Part shown: positions 10,611 through 19,453 of the stretch, in pieces | How positions within the stretch are numbered: position 1 is the first letter of the stretch | Layout: every line of letters begins with the position of its first letter | Origin: Methanosarcinaceae archaeon | Lineage (GTDB): Archaea > Halobacteriota > Methanosarcinia > Methanosarcinales > Methanosarcinaceae | Assembly (NCBI GenBank): GCA_030655675.1 | Contig: JAUSPM010000216.1 | Span: 1-40,573 of the forward strand | Direction: 5' to 3' | DNA: 40,573 bases | The notes under the pieces: model-generated | Databases searched by the model: none | What the model saw: only the letters and a program-made list of their open reading frames with translations | Told to the model about the DNA's origin: nothing | Position numbers and translations under genes: made by a program

Positions 10611-10929
10611 GTATCGTCCCCTCAAATTCAGAAACCAAATAATCTACAGCCTTGTCCAAATTTGCTTGTGCTTTTTTAACAATAGCCTTAGCATCAGCTT
10701 CACTAGCACCGATGGTCTTTACTTTTTCTTCTTTGATGGTCGCTTCTGCAGACTTCAAAGATTTCTGAGCAGATTCGTGCGCATCAACCTCGGCCTGTTT
10801 AACGATCTCTCTTGCCTCAGCTCTGGCACTAGTAATGCGTTCGCCCTTATTTTTAGCAGCAGCATTCACAATATTCCTTGCGCTTTCCTCTGCTTTTTTG
10901 ATTTCAGATAAGATCTCATTTTTAGCCAT
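10603..10929 (-). CDS. atpH: A1AO ATP synthase subunit H
   Basis: 108 aa Ala/Lys/Glu-rich all-helical protein and first gene of the operon, with a GAGGA Shine-Dalgarno 6 nt upstream. The assignment rests on position and composition. Confidence 0.7.
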   Translation of the reverse strand: MAKNEILSEIKKAEESARNIVNAAAKNKGERITSARAEAREIVKQAEVDAHESAQKSLKSAEATIKEEKVKTIGASEADAKAIVKKAQANLDKAVDYLVSEFEGTIHA

Positions 10930-11174
10930 GAAAATCCTCGTTATATAATATCAATTAATGTAATCTAACAATTTAATTCACTCCTATTGCGAAGTAAGAT
11001 ATAAGTTCTTCGGTTTTGGCGATGCTGCATGCGATATTGTTAATGATTTGTCATTTTGAAAAGAGGCTTTTTGACAACTCATTTCAGCCATAGATGAAAA
11101 ATTTCCCATTAAAAATATCCATGATCATTGCACCAAAAAATGCCATCAGCCAACCCACACACAAAGCGTCAGCC

Positions 11175-12365
11175 CTATCGATCAACCATATCAAGTCTGA
11201 ACGGCAACTGAGCATCATCCGGTATCGTATGAATATACTTTTTCCTGAACTCAGGATTCCGCATCATACAATAATCGGCTGATGACTTGTATGCATTGTT
11301 CTTCCCCATACGTTTCCAAATATCCGACAAATTGTCTTCCCGAACATTTCCAAACGACAATGGAGTGTATGCACACGGTAAAACATCACCCGCCGATGTG
11401 ACATGGATCCAGCGTCTCCCTGCAAAACAGCCGAATTGATCTGGTCCCATGAAATAAGGGAATGCAGTGACCCTTGGACCTTCTGGATTTGTATTCTTCT
11501 CCTTTTGGAACTTTTCAAGACGTGAAACATCCGCAGGACCGATGACCTCGTCTTCGTGATCAAGCCAGCGCCCAACCGCAATGATCTCATATATCGACAT
11601 CTCCTGCATATCCATCTCAACCGCAAGATTATAAAAATCTTCAAGATCATTGATATTATCAGGCGACACCACCACGAACATATCAGTCAATAACCCTGCA
11701 GCACGTGCATTCTTGATGCCATTTATCGCGTCATGATACGCACCATCGCGCCCTCGCACGCGATCATGCTCTTTTTCAAAAGGACTGTCAATGCTCACAC
11801 GAATTGCATACAATCCTGCAGCCTTCAAATCCTGTGCTCTCTGCGCAGTCAAGCCAAAACCGGATGTGAAACATGTCGCGATCGCCCGCGTCTTATCCAC
11901 ATGCGCAACCATGTCCACAAGGTCTTTTCGAAGCATGGTCTCACCGCCGTCAAATGAGATAAGATATGAACCAAGGTCAATCGCCTGATCCACCGTACGA
12001 TTGATCTCATCAAGAGTAAGTTCAGGGTCTGCAATGATATCTGCTGCACCACAATGAATACACTTGTTAGGACAATGCATTGTGATTCCGATAGACAATT
12101 GATCAGGAATACGTTTTCTTAGAATAGAACCAATTTCTGCAGTGATCACCCTATCAAAAACCTTTCCTGGAATTGGCGGGACCCATGTTGAAAATATAAT
12201 CTCATCATCATCCACATAAATTGGTTTTTCTTCCTGAAATATTTTATTGATACGTTTTATTATCGGTTTTGCAACCGGTGCGACAACACCCTCTGCATCA
12301 AGCACAACCTTGCCATTCACTGCACTGGCATTCACTTTGATCACTGACTTATCATATACACGCAT
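11175..12365 (-). CDS. Radical SAM enzyme of unassigned function, with a ~90-aa N-terminal extension and a Cys-containing C-terminal domain
   Basis: 396 aa. It has CPNKCIHCGA (CX3CX2C at aa 98-105), FDGGETMLR (SAM-binding GGE) and C-terminal Cys residues in GCFAGRRWIHVTSAGDVLPCAYTP (SPASM/twitch-like). The N-terminal FSTWVPPIPGKVFDR segment was not recognised. Confidence 0.8.
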   Translation of the reverse strand: MRVYDKSVIKVNASAVNGKVVLDAEGVVAPVAKPIIKRINKIFQEEKPIYVDDDEIIFSTWVPPIPGKVFDRVITAEIGSILRKRIPDQLSIGITMHCPNKCIHCGAADIIADPELTLDEINRTVDQAIDLGSYLISFDGGETMLRKDLVDMVAHVDKTRAIATCFTSGFGLTAQRAQDLKAAGLYAIRVSIDSPFEKEHDRVRGRDGAYHDAINGIKNARAAGLLTDMFVVVSPDNINDLEDFYNLAVEMDMQEMSIYEIIAVGRWLDHEDEVIGPADVSRLEKFQKEKNTNPEGPRVTAFPYFMGPDQFGCFAGRRWIHVTSAGDVLPCAYTPLSFGNVREDNLSDIWKRMGKNNAYKSSADYCMMRNPEFRKKYIHTIPDDAQLPFRLDMVDR

Positions 12366-12452
12366 GGATTCACCTGTAATTTTTAAATTTGGAATTTAAA
12401 ATTTGAAATCTTAAACTAAAACTCATCTAGGAAATTAACATAAAAATGGTTT

Positions 12453-13319
12453 TTACGGAAGCATGTCAATTGTTATGTGGTTTGTGATCTGCACCAACTT
12501 CTCTGTTGAACCACATGGATCAAAAGTTCCGAGTATATCGTTTGCATACCGCACCTGTTTTTCAACTTCCTCGATCGATCTTTTCACTGCATCCTCATGT
12601 GACATATGTTTAAGGTATATTTGCGGCAATGTAATGGATTCATGTGTGGACTTCTTGTCATCTTGTACATGCAGGTATTCAAGCAGGTCATCCACGATCT
12701 GGTATGCTGTGCCCACATGTTCACCATACAATCGGCACTTGCCCGCAACTTCATCATCCGCGCCACCAATATATGCACCAATAGATGCACTCGCTGCAAA
12801 CAGGGATGCTGTCTTTTTGCGGATGCACTCGTAATAGTTGCCCTCATCAAACGTTCCCTCAACACTTTTCACATCAAATGTCTCACCTTCTGCCATGCAC
12901 ATGCCTGCACGCCCGAAATCACGTACAGCATTTGTGCCAAAAGGAGATATGAGTTCGATTGACTTTGAAATCAAAAAATCCCCGCACAGCATTGCTGCAG
13001 CATGACCGAATTTTTCATGCGCTGAAGGAATGCCTCTTCGGATAAGCCCACCATCCAGAAGGTCGTCATGTATCAATGATGCAGAATGTATCAACTCAAT
13101 AGCCAAACCCGCATCAACACTATTTTTTAAATCTCCGCCACAAATTTCGGACGACAGCAGCAGCATGATCGGACGTATCTTTTTCCCACCTGAATTGCAA
13201 ACATGACTAATCATTTTTGTCATCTGAGACGATTGGTCCATAGACTCTATCATATCGGACATCGCAGACGTAATTAGTTTATGTTCACCCCATTGCTCAA
13301 TGTTCATCCAATGCCCCAA
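12453..13319 (-). CDS. trans-Polyprenyl diphosphate synthase (chain length undetermined)
   Basis: 288 aa. The first Asp-rich motif is LIHDDLLDGG and the second is YQIVDDLLEY. KKIRP is upstream, typical of the trans-IPPS family. Confidence 0.85.
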   Translation of the reverse strand: MGHWMNIEQWGEHKLITSAMSDMIESMDQSSQMTKMISHVCNSGGKKIRPIMLLLSSEICGGDLKNSVDAGLAIELIHSASLIHDDLLDGGLIRRGIPSAHEKFGHAAAMLCGDFLISKSIELISPFGTNAVRDFGRAGMCMAEGETFDVKSVEGTFDEGNYYECIRKKTASLFAASASIGAYIGGADDEVAGKCRLYGEHVGTAYQIVDDLLEYLHVQDDKKSTHESITLPQIYLKHMSHEDAVKRSIEEVEKQVRYANDILGTFDPCGSTEKLVQITNHITIDMLP

Positions 13320-13355
13320 TTATCTAATTGTATAATTAATATTCGATATTGTTTG

Positions 13356-13736
13356 TTATTCGGTATATTTTGAAGAACATCCCACAACAATCTGTGTAGC
13401 CTCAATCTTATCAACAGCCACCATTGTACCACTCATGCTAATCTCTTTTCCTTCATCGAGTGTCGCTGGCAAGTCCCCCGTATATTCCACATATATCTCA
13501 ATAGTTGAATCCTCTTTGTCAACCAAGACAAATGAAATGAGATCCGGAGTTACAATAAGTGTGCCGTTCTTGATAACACCCGTTGTGCTTATCTTTTCCC
13601 CCGTATAGTTGTGAGGGTTTGAAGTTAATTCTGAAACCATAATGGACTGTTGGGAAAACTCAACACCCCAAAGTCCAATAATTGCAACAGCAACAATAAC
13701 TCCAATTGCAACAAAAGTCTTTTGTTTTTTATCCAT
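13356..13736 (-). CDS. ccmE: CcmE-like haem chaperone, CxxxY variant
   Basis: 126 aa. It has an N-terminal signal-anchor helix (FVAIGVIVAVAIIGLW), then an OB-fold-like pattern matching CcmE (ISTTGVIKNGTL...ISFVLVD...IEIYVEYTGDLPATLDEGKEISMSGTM...IEATQIVVGCSSKYTE). The haem-binding HxxxY position reads C-S-S-K-Y. Confidence 0.65.
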   Translation of the reverse strand: MDKKQKTFVAIGVIVAVAIIGLWGVEFSQQSIMVSELTSNPHNYTGEKISTTGVIKNGTLIVTPDLISFVLVDKEDSTIEIYVEYTGDLPATLDEGKEISMSGTMVAVDKIEATQIVVGCSSKYTE

Positions 13737-14068
13737 TTTTAAACACCGGTTAGATGTGGTTAAAATCGTTTTAATCTACTGTAACTTATCTAATCTCGCA
13801 AGTTCCTTGTTCGATTGTAAACGGGTTCGGATCATGTATAATATGTATGAGATTATTGCAATCCATGTAATTGCAAATGCAGTATATAATGGTTCCATAA
13901 ATTCACCTTTTATTTACGCTTTATGTGTAATAATTCTGCAATAATAATTATTGCATTGAGTATATTTAAATGTAAAGTACAGTCGTTTTTTGACAATATC
14001 ACATATATTAATAAGGATGGGTGTAATATTATCACATCATATTTAAGCGAATTGAACTATATTTTATT

Positions 14069-14128
14069 CGAGAAAATCCTCGCTGTGCTCGGATTAACTC
14101 GCACTATATATCTATAAAATATATACTA
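14069..14128 (+). repeat. Hairpin-plus-TATA repeat, copy 1 (33-nt imperfect hairpin 14069-14101 and conserved AT-rich tail)
   Basis: Sequence is cgagaaaatcc-tcgctgtgctc-ggattaactcg followed by cactatatatctataaaatatatacta. Three further copies lie at 35881-35939(-), 35941-36000(-) and 37597-37658(+). Confidence 0.8.
14111..14120 (+). promoter_or_regulatory. Putative TATA box for ahbD (would give a leaderless or near-leaderless mRNA)
   Basis: tctataaaat is centred about 26 nt upstream of the ahbD ATG (14141). No Shine-Dalgarno lies between them. Confidence 0.4.
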
Positions 14129-14140
14129 AAACAAATTCAA

Positions 14141-15202
14141 ATGATTACTATGGCAAAACCACCAAGACTTATCGCATGGGAATTGACAGCAGGTTGCAAC
14201 CTCTCTTGTGTACACTGCAGAGGCGCATCAACCTTTCAGATTCCAAAGGGAGAGCTCACAACAGATGAGGCAAAGCATTTCATAGATGAAATTGTGGAGA
14301 TGGGAAATCCAATACTTATCATGAGTGGAGGAGAACCTCTTGTCCGAAAAGATGTATTCGAGATTGCACAGTACGGAACTGACAAAGGGCTTCGTGTCGT
14401 CATGGCAACTAACGGCACTCTTGTCACACCCGAGATCGCAAAGAAGATGAAAGAGGTCGGGATCCAGAGGGTCAGTGTCAGTATTGACGGCTCAAACGCC
14501 AAATCTCATGATGATTTCCGTGGCGAACCTGGTGCATTTGATGGGGCGCTAAGGGGAATTGATTATATCAAGAAAGCGGGCATCGGTTTCCAGATAAACA
14601 CCACTATTACAAAGCGCAATATTGACGAGATACCAAAGATCCTTGAATTTGCAACCGAACTGGGGGCAGAAGCACTCCATATTTTCCTTCTGGTACCAAC
14701 CGGCAGGGGCAAAGAGATCGAAGCGGATGAGATAGCACCTGTCGAATACGAGCGCGTATTGAATTGGTTCTATGAACAGCAAAAAACAGCAAAGATTCAG
14801 TTGAAAGCCACATGTGCGCCGCATTATTTCAGGATAATGCGCCAGCGTGCAAAGAAGGAAGGTATCGAAATATCCGTTAAGACACATGGATATGAAGCCA
14901 TGACCAAAGGATGTCTTGGAGGCACAGGATTTTGTTTTGTTTCCAGCATTGGTGAAGTGTACCCATGCGGATACCTGCCGGCACTTGCAGGCAGTATAAA
15001 AGAGCAGAGTTTCAAAGATATATGGGACAATGCAAAGGTGTTCAATGATATCCGTGACACAAGCAAACTCAAAGGTAAATGCGGGGAATGTGGATACAAG
15101 GAAGTGTGCAGCGGCTGCCGTGCACGCGCGTATGCAGCGACCGGAGATTACATGGCAGAAGAACCATATTGCATATATACACCACCAAAGGTAAAGGAAT
15201 AA
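14141..15202 (+). CDS. ahbD: Radical SAM/SPASM haem synthase of the siroheme-dependent (alternative) pathway, AhbD-like (NirJ family)
   Basis: 353 aa. It has ELTAGCNLSCVHCRG (CX3CX2C), SGGEPL, and a C-terminal auxiliary-cluster region CGECGYKEVCSGCRARAY. AhbD is preferred over AhbC because it directly precedes the ahbA/ahbB pair, as I recall for Methanosarcina barkeri. Confidence 0.65.
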   Translation: MITMAKPPRLIAWELTAGCNLSCVHCRGASTFQIPKGELTTDEAKHFIDEIVEMGNPILIMSGGEPLVRKDVFEIAQYGTDKGLRVVMATNGTLVTPEIAKKMKEVGIQRVSVSIDGSNAKSHDDFRGEPGAFDGALRGIDYIKKAGIGFQINTTITKRNIDEIPKILEFATELGAEALHIFLLVPTGRGKEIEADEIAPVEYERVLNWFYEQQKTAKIQLKATCAPHYFRIMRQRAKKEGIEISVKTHGYEAMTKGCLGGTGFCFVSSIGEVYPCGYLPALAGSIKEQSFKDIWDNAKVFNDIRDTSKLKGKCGECGYKEVCSGCRARAYAATGDYMAEEPYCIYTPPKVKE

Positions 15203-15204
15203 AA

Positions 15205-15660
15205 ATGGTACAACTTGATCAAATTGACAAGGATATCCTGAATAGCATTCAGTTGGATTTCCCTGTTGAAACACATCCATTCGAAAAACTGGGCGAGCAG
15301 TTTGGCATTCCGGAAGATGAAATAATAGAACGCCTTGAGCGACTGAGCAATGCAGGCGCTATCCGGCGCATCGGTCCGATAATCAATACAAAGAAAACCG
15401 GCGGAATTAGTACACTTGTTGCAGCCAAAGTACCGGAGAATAGGATCGATGAAGTGGCAGAAATCATAAACCGATATACTGAAGTGTCACATAATTATCT
15501 GCGCCCTGCAGAGTACAATATATGGTTCACCATGTCCGCCCCAAGTGAAGCGAGACTTATACAGATACTTGATGAAATAAAGGCTAAAACCGGATGCGAT
15601 CTTATCAACCTGCCTACCAAAAGGCTGTTCAAGATCGGAGTCAAATTCAATATAAGATAA
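15205..15660 (+). CDS. ahbA: Siroheme decarboxylase subunit (Lrp/AsnC-like, NirD/L/G/H family), first of pair
   Basis: The internal ATG at 15205 lies 2 nt after the ahbD stop (MVQLDQIDKDILNSIQLDFPVETHPFEKL...). The upstream part of track ORF 15079.. overlaps ahbD out of frame. It has a wHTH N-domain and an AsnC-type C-domain (VSHNYLRP...NIWFTM). The A versus B assignment is by gene order only. Confidence 0.7.
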   Translation: MVQLDQIDKDILNSIQLDFPVETHPFEKLGEQFGIPEDEIIERLERLSNAGAIRRIGPIINTKKTGGISTLVAAKVPENRIDEVAEIINRYTEVSHNYLRPAEYNIWFTMSAPSEARLIQILDEIKAKTGCDLINLPTKRLFKIGVKFNIR

Positions 15661-15670
15661 GGTGAGAAAA

Positions 15671-16129
15671 ATGGACGAAATAGACACCAAACTTATCAAA
15701 CTTACACAGGATGGCATAACACTCACCCATGCACCCTTTGCGAACATTGCCAAAGAACTTGGCATAAGTGAAGAAGAGATCGTTACCAGATTTGAAAATC
15801 TGCAACAAAGTGGAGTTATCCGAAGATTTGGCGCATCAATTGGCCATCGGGCAATCGGCATCACAGCCAATGCAATGTGCACATGGAACGTACCTGAAGA
15901 TAAAGTCGAAGAGGTCGGAGCAATAATGGCAGGTTTTTCCGAAGTAACACACTGCTACGAACGACCGCGTTACCCTGACTGGCCATACAACCTGTTCACA
16001 ATGGTACATTCATACACAAGAGAGGATTGTGAAAAAGTGGCTCGTGAGATATCAAAAGCCACAGGCATTTCGGATTACAGCCTGCTGTTCAGCGAGCGGG
16101 AATTCAAGAAAACGGGTGCTCGATTGTAA
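15671..16129 (+). CDS. ahbB: Siroheme decarboxylase subunit, second of pair
   Basis: MDEIDTKLIKLTQDGITLTHAPFANIAKELG...VTHCYERPRYPDWPYNLFTMVH is a paralogue of the preceding gene. The ATG is at 15671; the track uses GTG at 15662. Confidence 0.7.
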   Translation: MDEIDTKLIKLTQDGITLTHAPFANIAKELGISEEEIVTRFENLQQSGVIRRFGASIGHRAIGITANAMCTWNVPEDKVEEVGAIMAGFSEVTHCYERPRYPDWPYNLFTMVHSYTREDCEKVAREISKATGISDYSLLFSEREFKKTGARL

Positions 16130-16207
16130 TTATAGTTAATAATTAGAGTTACAATTACAATTACAGTCATAGTTATATTTTGATTTCTAATCACAGGATG
16201 CGCCATA

Positions 16208-16864
16208 ATGACCAATGAACGAAACTTACTCCCTTTGATGATCGATCTTAGTGGAAGGCAGGTCGTAATCATTGGTGGCGGTTCAGTAGGAGAGCGCAAG
16301 GCGATCCTTTTTTCAAAATATGCAGACACTACTGTTGTAAGTGCAGGATTTACCACAAAACTTGAAGAAATGAAGGATGCAGGTAAATTGAATTTAGTAC
16401 AGGCAGACCTTGGTTCACTGCCAGATTACAAGATCGCTGAACTGATATCGGATGCCTTTTTAGTGATCCCTGCGACAAACAATATACAACTGAACAATAG
16501 AATTGTTGAAATCGCACGAAAAAGCGATATTTTAATAAATAAGGTTGATTCTGTAGGTGACGTTGTGGTGCCTTCCGTAATTACAAGAGGAAAACTGACT
16601 ATCGGGATCTCAACACTTGGGTCAAGTCCTGCCCTTTCGAAATATACTCGAAAGAAGATAGAGCAGGTGATCACTCCGCAATATGCCGATATGATACGAC
16701 TTCAAGATGAGATTCGAACGTACCTGAAACAGTACGTTCCAGATCAGGAAGATCGAAAAGATATCCTGTGGAAAATACTTGACAATGAGGATGTATGGAA
16801 CGCACTTTCGGAATCTTATGAAAAAGCGTATAATATAGCACACAATATAGTTAAAACAAATTGA
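16208..16864 (+). CDS. sirC: Precorrin-2 dehydrogenase / sirohydrochlorin ferrochelatase (CysG N-domain / Met8 / SirC-like)
   Basis: 218 aa, with the Rossmann motif VVIIGGGSVGERKA near the N-terminus, typical size, and the expected position between ahbB and hemA. Confidence 0.8.
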   Translation: MTNERNLLPLMIDLSGRQVVIIGGGSVGERKAILFSKYADTTVVSAGFTTKLEEMKDAGKLNLVQADLGSLPDYKIAELISDAFLVIPATNNIQLNNRIVEIARKSDILINKVDSVGDVVVPSVITRGKLTIGISTLGSSPALSKYTRKKIEQVITPQYADMIRLQDEIRTYLKQYVPDQEDRKDILWKILDNEDVWNALSESYEKAYNIAHNIVKTN

Positions 16865-16941
16865 ATTGAACCGATTATTATTCATATACAAATTTAATAC
16901 AATAAATTATCATTATATCAATTTCTATACGGAGAATATAA

Positions 16942-18195
16942 TTGACTGAAATATCAAGCATGGTTATAACGCATGCAAAAGCCAGTGTCGGGGAGATGGA
17001 AGGAGCATGGCACGGCGATCTTGAAGGTATGCTTAAACACCTTTATTCACAGGAACTTATTCATGAATGTGCAGTGTTAAAAACATGCAACCGCGTTGAA
17101 ATATATATTGTTTCATCGAAAGGAAGTCAGGTACTGTTCCATTTTGCAAAAAAAATGGGTGTATCTTCCAGAATTGTTGAGTTCTATGACCACGATGAGA
17201 CACTGGCACATCTTTTAAGGCTGGCATCCGGTCTTGAATCCATGATCGTTGGTGAAGACCAGATACTAGGACAGATCAAAGAACTATATGCTGTCGCAAA
17301 GAATGCAGGTACAACCGGCAATACGCTTGATACCGCGTTTGGCAAAGCGATACAGGTCGGCAAAAGGGTGCGGACGGAAACAGGCATTAACAAGGGTTCA
17401 GTTTCAATCGGTTCTGCAGCAGTCGATCTTGCTGACGAGATACTTGATGGTTTGACAGGCAAGACAATTCTTGTAATTGGTGCCGGTGAAATGGGCACAC
17501 TTGTCGCACGTGCACTTGCTCATAAGAACATTGATGCGATATACATAGCAAACCGGACATTCGATAGGGCAGAGATGCTTGCTGACGAATTATGCGGACT
17601 GGCTGTACCTTACAGTGAAGTCGAGGAATACATAAAAACTGCGGATGTAGTTATTAGTGCTACATCGGCACCGCATTATGTGCTTACAAAAGAGATCATG
17701 TCAAGGGCAATGGAGAACAGGGATCGTGAGATCCTTTTGATCGATATTGCAAACCCGCGTGATATAGAGGATACAGTCACAGAGGTTCCAAATGTTACAC
17801 TTCATAATATTGACGGACTGCGTATCATCAATGAGAAAAACATGCAGATGAGGCGTGAAGAAGCGAAAAAAGCAGAGGTCCTGATTGATGAGGAATTGAT
17901 ACTGCTCAATGCCCAGTTCAAACGCCAGAAAGCAGACGGATTGATCTCTGAGTTATATGCAAGGCTCTATGATGTGCGCGAGCAAGAGAAAGAGCATGCT
18001 ATCAATCGATTGAAAGCGTATCATTCGATTGGTGATTTTGAAATAAAGGTACTTGATGACCTGACACATTCCCTTGTCAATAAGATTTTGGCAGAGCCGA
18101 CAAAAGCGCTCAGGAATGCGGCAGAGCACGATAATGAAGAAATGTTAGATACAGTGGCCAAATTGTTCAAACTAAACGGTGCACAAAAGGAGTGA
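16942..18195 (+). CDS. hemA: Glutamyl-tRNA reductase
   Basis: 417 aa. It has the catalytic Cys motif [24 protein letters not shown] and NADPH-binding VIGAGEMG. The TTG start at 16942 is supported by GGAG 7 nt upstream. Confidence 0.9.
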   Translation: MTEISSMVITHAKASVGEMEGAWHGDLEGMLKHLYSQELIHECAVLKTCNRVEIYIVSSKGSQVLFHFAKKMGVSSRIVEFYDHDETLAHLLRLASGLESMIVGEDQILGQIKELYAVAKNAGTTGNTLDTAFGKAIQVGKRVRTETGINKGSVSIGSAAVDLADEILDGLTGKTILVIGAGEMGTLVARALAHKNIDAIYIANRTFDRAEMLADELCGLAVPYSEVEEYIKTADVVISATSAPHYVLTKEIMSRAMENRDREILLIDIANPRDIEDTVTEVPNVTLHNIDGLRIINEKNMQMRREEAKKAEVLIDEELILLNAQFKRQKADGLISELYARLYDVREQEKEHAINRLKAYHSIGDFEIKVLDDLTHSLVNKILAEPTKALRNAAEHDNEEMLDTVAKLFKLNGAQKE

Positions 18196-18199
18196 TATT

Positions 18200-19174
18200 A
18201 TGTTTCCACAGGTTCGAATGCGAAGATTAAGAAGCGGCAAGATACGTGATCTGGTGCGCGAGACCGCACTTACCACAGATGATCTTATCTATCCGATGTT
18301 CGTTGATGAGACTATTGATTCTGCGGTTGAGGTTTCGTCCATGCCAGGCGTGTACAAACTACCCCCTGGCAGTGTGGCAGATGATGCAAAGGAAGCAGCA
18401 GACCTCGGGATTCCCGCAGTTATTCTTTTCGGTATTCCGAAAAACAAGGATGAGACAGGAACAACCGCCTATGGTGACAATGATGTTGTCCAGCAGGCTG
18501 TCCGCGAGATCAAAGGCGAACTTGGAAAGGACATGGTTGTGATCACTGACGTGTGCCTATGCGAATATACAAGCCACGGTCACTGCGGCATGGTTAATTA
18601 CGATACTGAGGAGATTCTGAATGACCCGACCCTTCCACTACTTGGCAAGACTGCTGTGAGTCATGCAAAGGCAGGTGCGGACATTGTTGCACCTTCGGGA
18701 ATGATGGACGGAATGATCGGTGCGATACGGTCTGCTCTTGATGACAATAATTTTAGCAATATCCCCATAATGTCGTATGCAGCGAAATATACCTCTGCAT
18801 TCTACGGACCATTCAGGGATGCGGCAGAATCCGGTTATTCGTTCGGGAACCGTTCGAGTTACCAGATGGACCCTGCAAACTCTAATGAAGCAATGCGTGA
18901 GGTTGAACTTGATATTGCGGAAGGTGCAGACATTATAATGGTAAAGCCTGCGCTTCCGTATCTTGACATAATCTACCGTGTCAAGACTGAGTTCGAGATG
19001 CCAACAGCTGCATACAATGTGAGTGGTGAATATTCGATGTTAAAAGCCGCAGCACAGAATGGCTGGCTGGATGAGAAAGCGGTTATGTACGAGTCACTTC
19101 TTTCGATAAAACGCGCGGGTGCGGATATGATATTAACATATTTTGCAAAGGACATGGCGCGGATGCTGGAGTGA
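18200..19174 (+). CDS. hemB: Porphobilinogen synthase (ALA dehydratase), Zn-type
   Basis: The ATG at 18200 ([22 protein letters not shown]) is preceded by AAAGGAG. It has the Cys-rich Zn motif [14 protein letters not shown] and active-site Lys regions ([10 protein letters not shown]; AYNVSGEY). Confidence 0.95.
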   Translation: MFPQVRMRRLRSGKIRDLVRETALTTDDLIYPMFVDETIDSAVEVSSMPGVYKLPPGSVADDAKEAADLGIPAVILFGIPKNKDETGTTAYGDNDVVQQAVREIKGELGKDMVVITDVCLCEYTSHGHCGMVNYDTEEILNDPTLPLLGKTAVSHAKAGADIVAPSGMMDGMIGAIRSALDDNNFSNIPIMSYAAKYTSAFYGPFRDAAESGYSFGNRSSYQMDPANSNEAMREVELDIAEGADIIMVKPALPYLDIIYRVKTEFEMPTAAYNVSGEYSMLKAAAQNGWLDEKAVMYESLLSIKRAGADMILTYFAKDMARMLE

Positions 19175-19306
19175 TGCACAATTCATCTATAATGTATTAT
19201 TAACTGTTGTGTCACCACTCATTATTAATAAAAATGGTGAGATGTATAATCTACAAGCAACACATTTATTACCAAAATATTCAACAATAAACATAGGTGT
19301 TTGATA

Positions 19307-19453
19307 ATGGTGAAAAAAGACATTGTTCAAGTTAAAAATCCGAAATCTGGACATTATGTGAAAATCGATAGATCTATCGGTAAAATTCTTGATCACAAGA
19401 AATCAGAAGGGCCATACAAAAATGTGCCAATTGCAAGAAAGAGGAATCGATGA
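19307..19453 (+). CDS. Small basic hypothetical protein (48 aa), first gene of an inserted two-gene cassette
   Basis: Hand-found ORF MVKKDIVQVKNPKSGHYVKIDRSIGKILDHKKSEGPYKNVPIARKRNR. AGGTG lies 7 nt upstream of the ATG. Its stop overlaps the next start in ATGA (19450-19453). It is below the track cutoff; track ORF 19187..19396(-) is on the opposite strand and looks spurious. Confidence 0.45.
   Translation: MVKKDIVQVKNPKSGHYVKIDRSIGKILDHKKSEGPYKNVPIARKRNR

Noticed and set aside
10927-10937. 11-nt match (gaaaatcctcg) to the left arm of the hairpin/TATA repeat, at the atpH start
   Set aside because: The second hairpin arm and the tail are missing. On the coding strand the match is simply the GAGGA Shine-Dalgarno plus spacer of atpH, so it is probably coincidental.
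11175-12365. Calling the orphan radical SAM gene ahbC to complete the haem pathway
   Set aside because: The CX3CX2C motif lies ~100 residues in, behind an unfamiliar N-domain. The NirJ-like AhbC/AhbD proteins I remember start with the cluster motif near the N-terminus. It is left unassigned pending alignment.
14549-15280. 243-aa minus-strand ORF
   Set aside because: It is antisense to the radical SAM gene ahbD, Cys/Phe-rich, and has no motifs.
19187-19396. 69-aa minus-strand ORF between hemB and the inserted cassette
   Set aside because: It has no SD or promoter context and an odd composition. It overlaps the plus-strand 48-aa ORF, which has an SD and a 4-nt ATGA coupling to the next gene.
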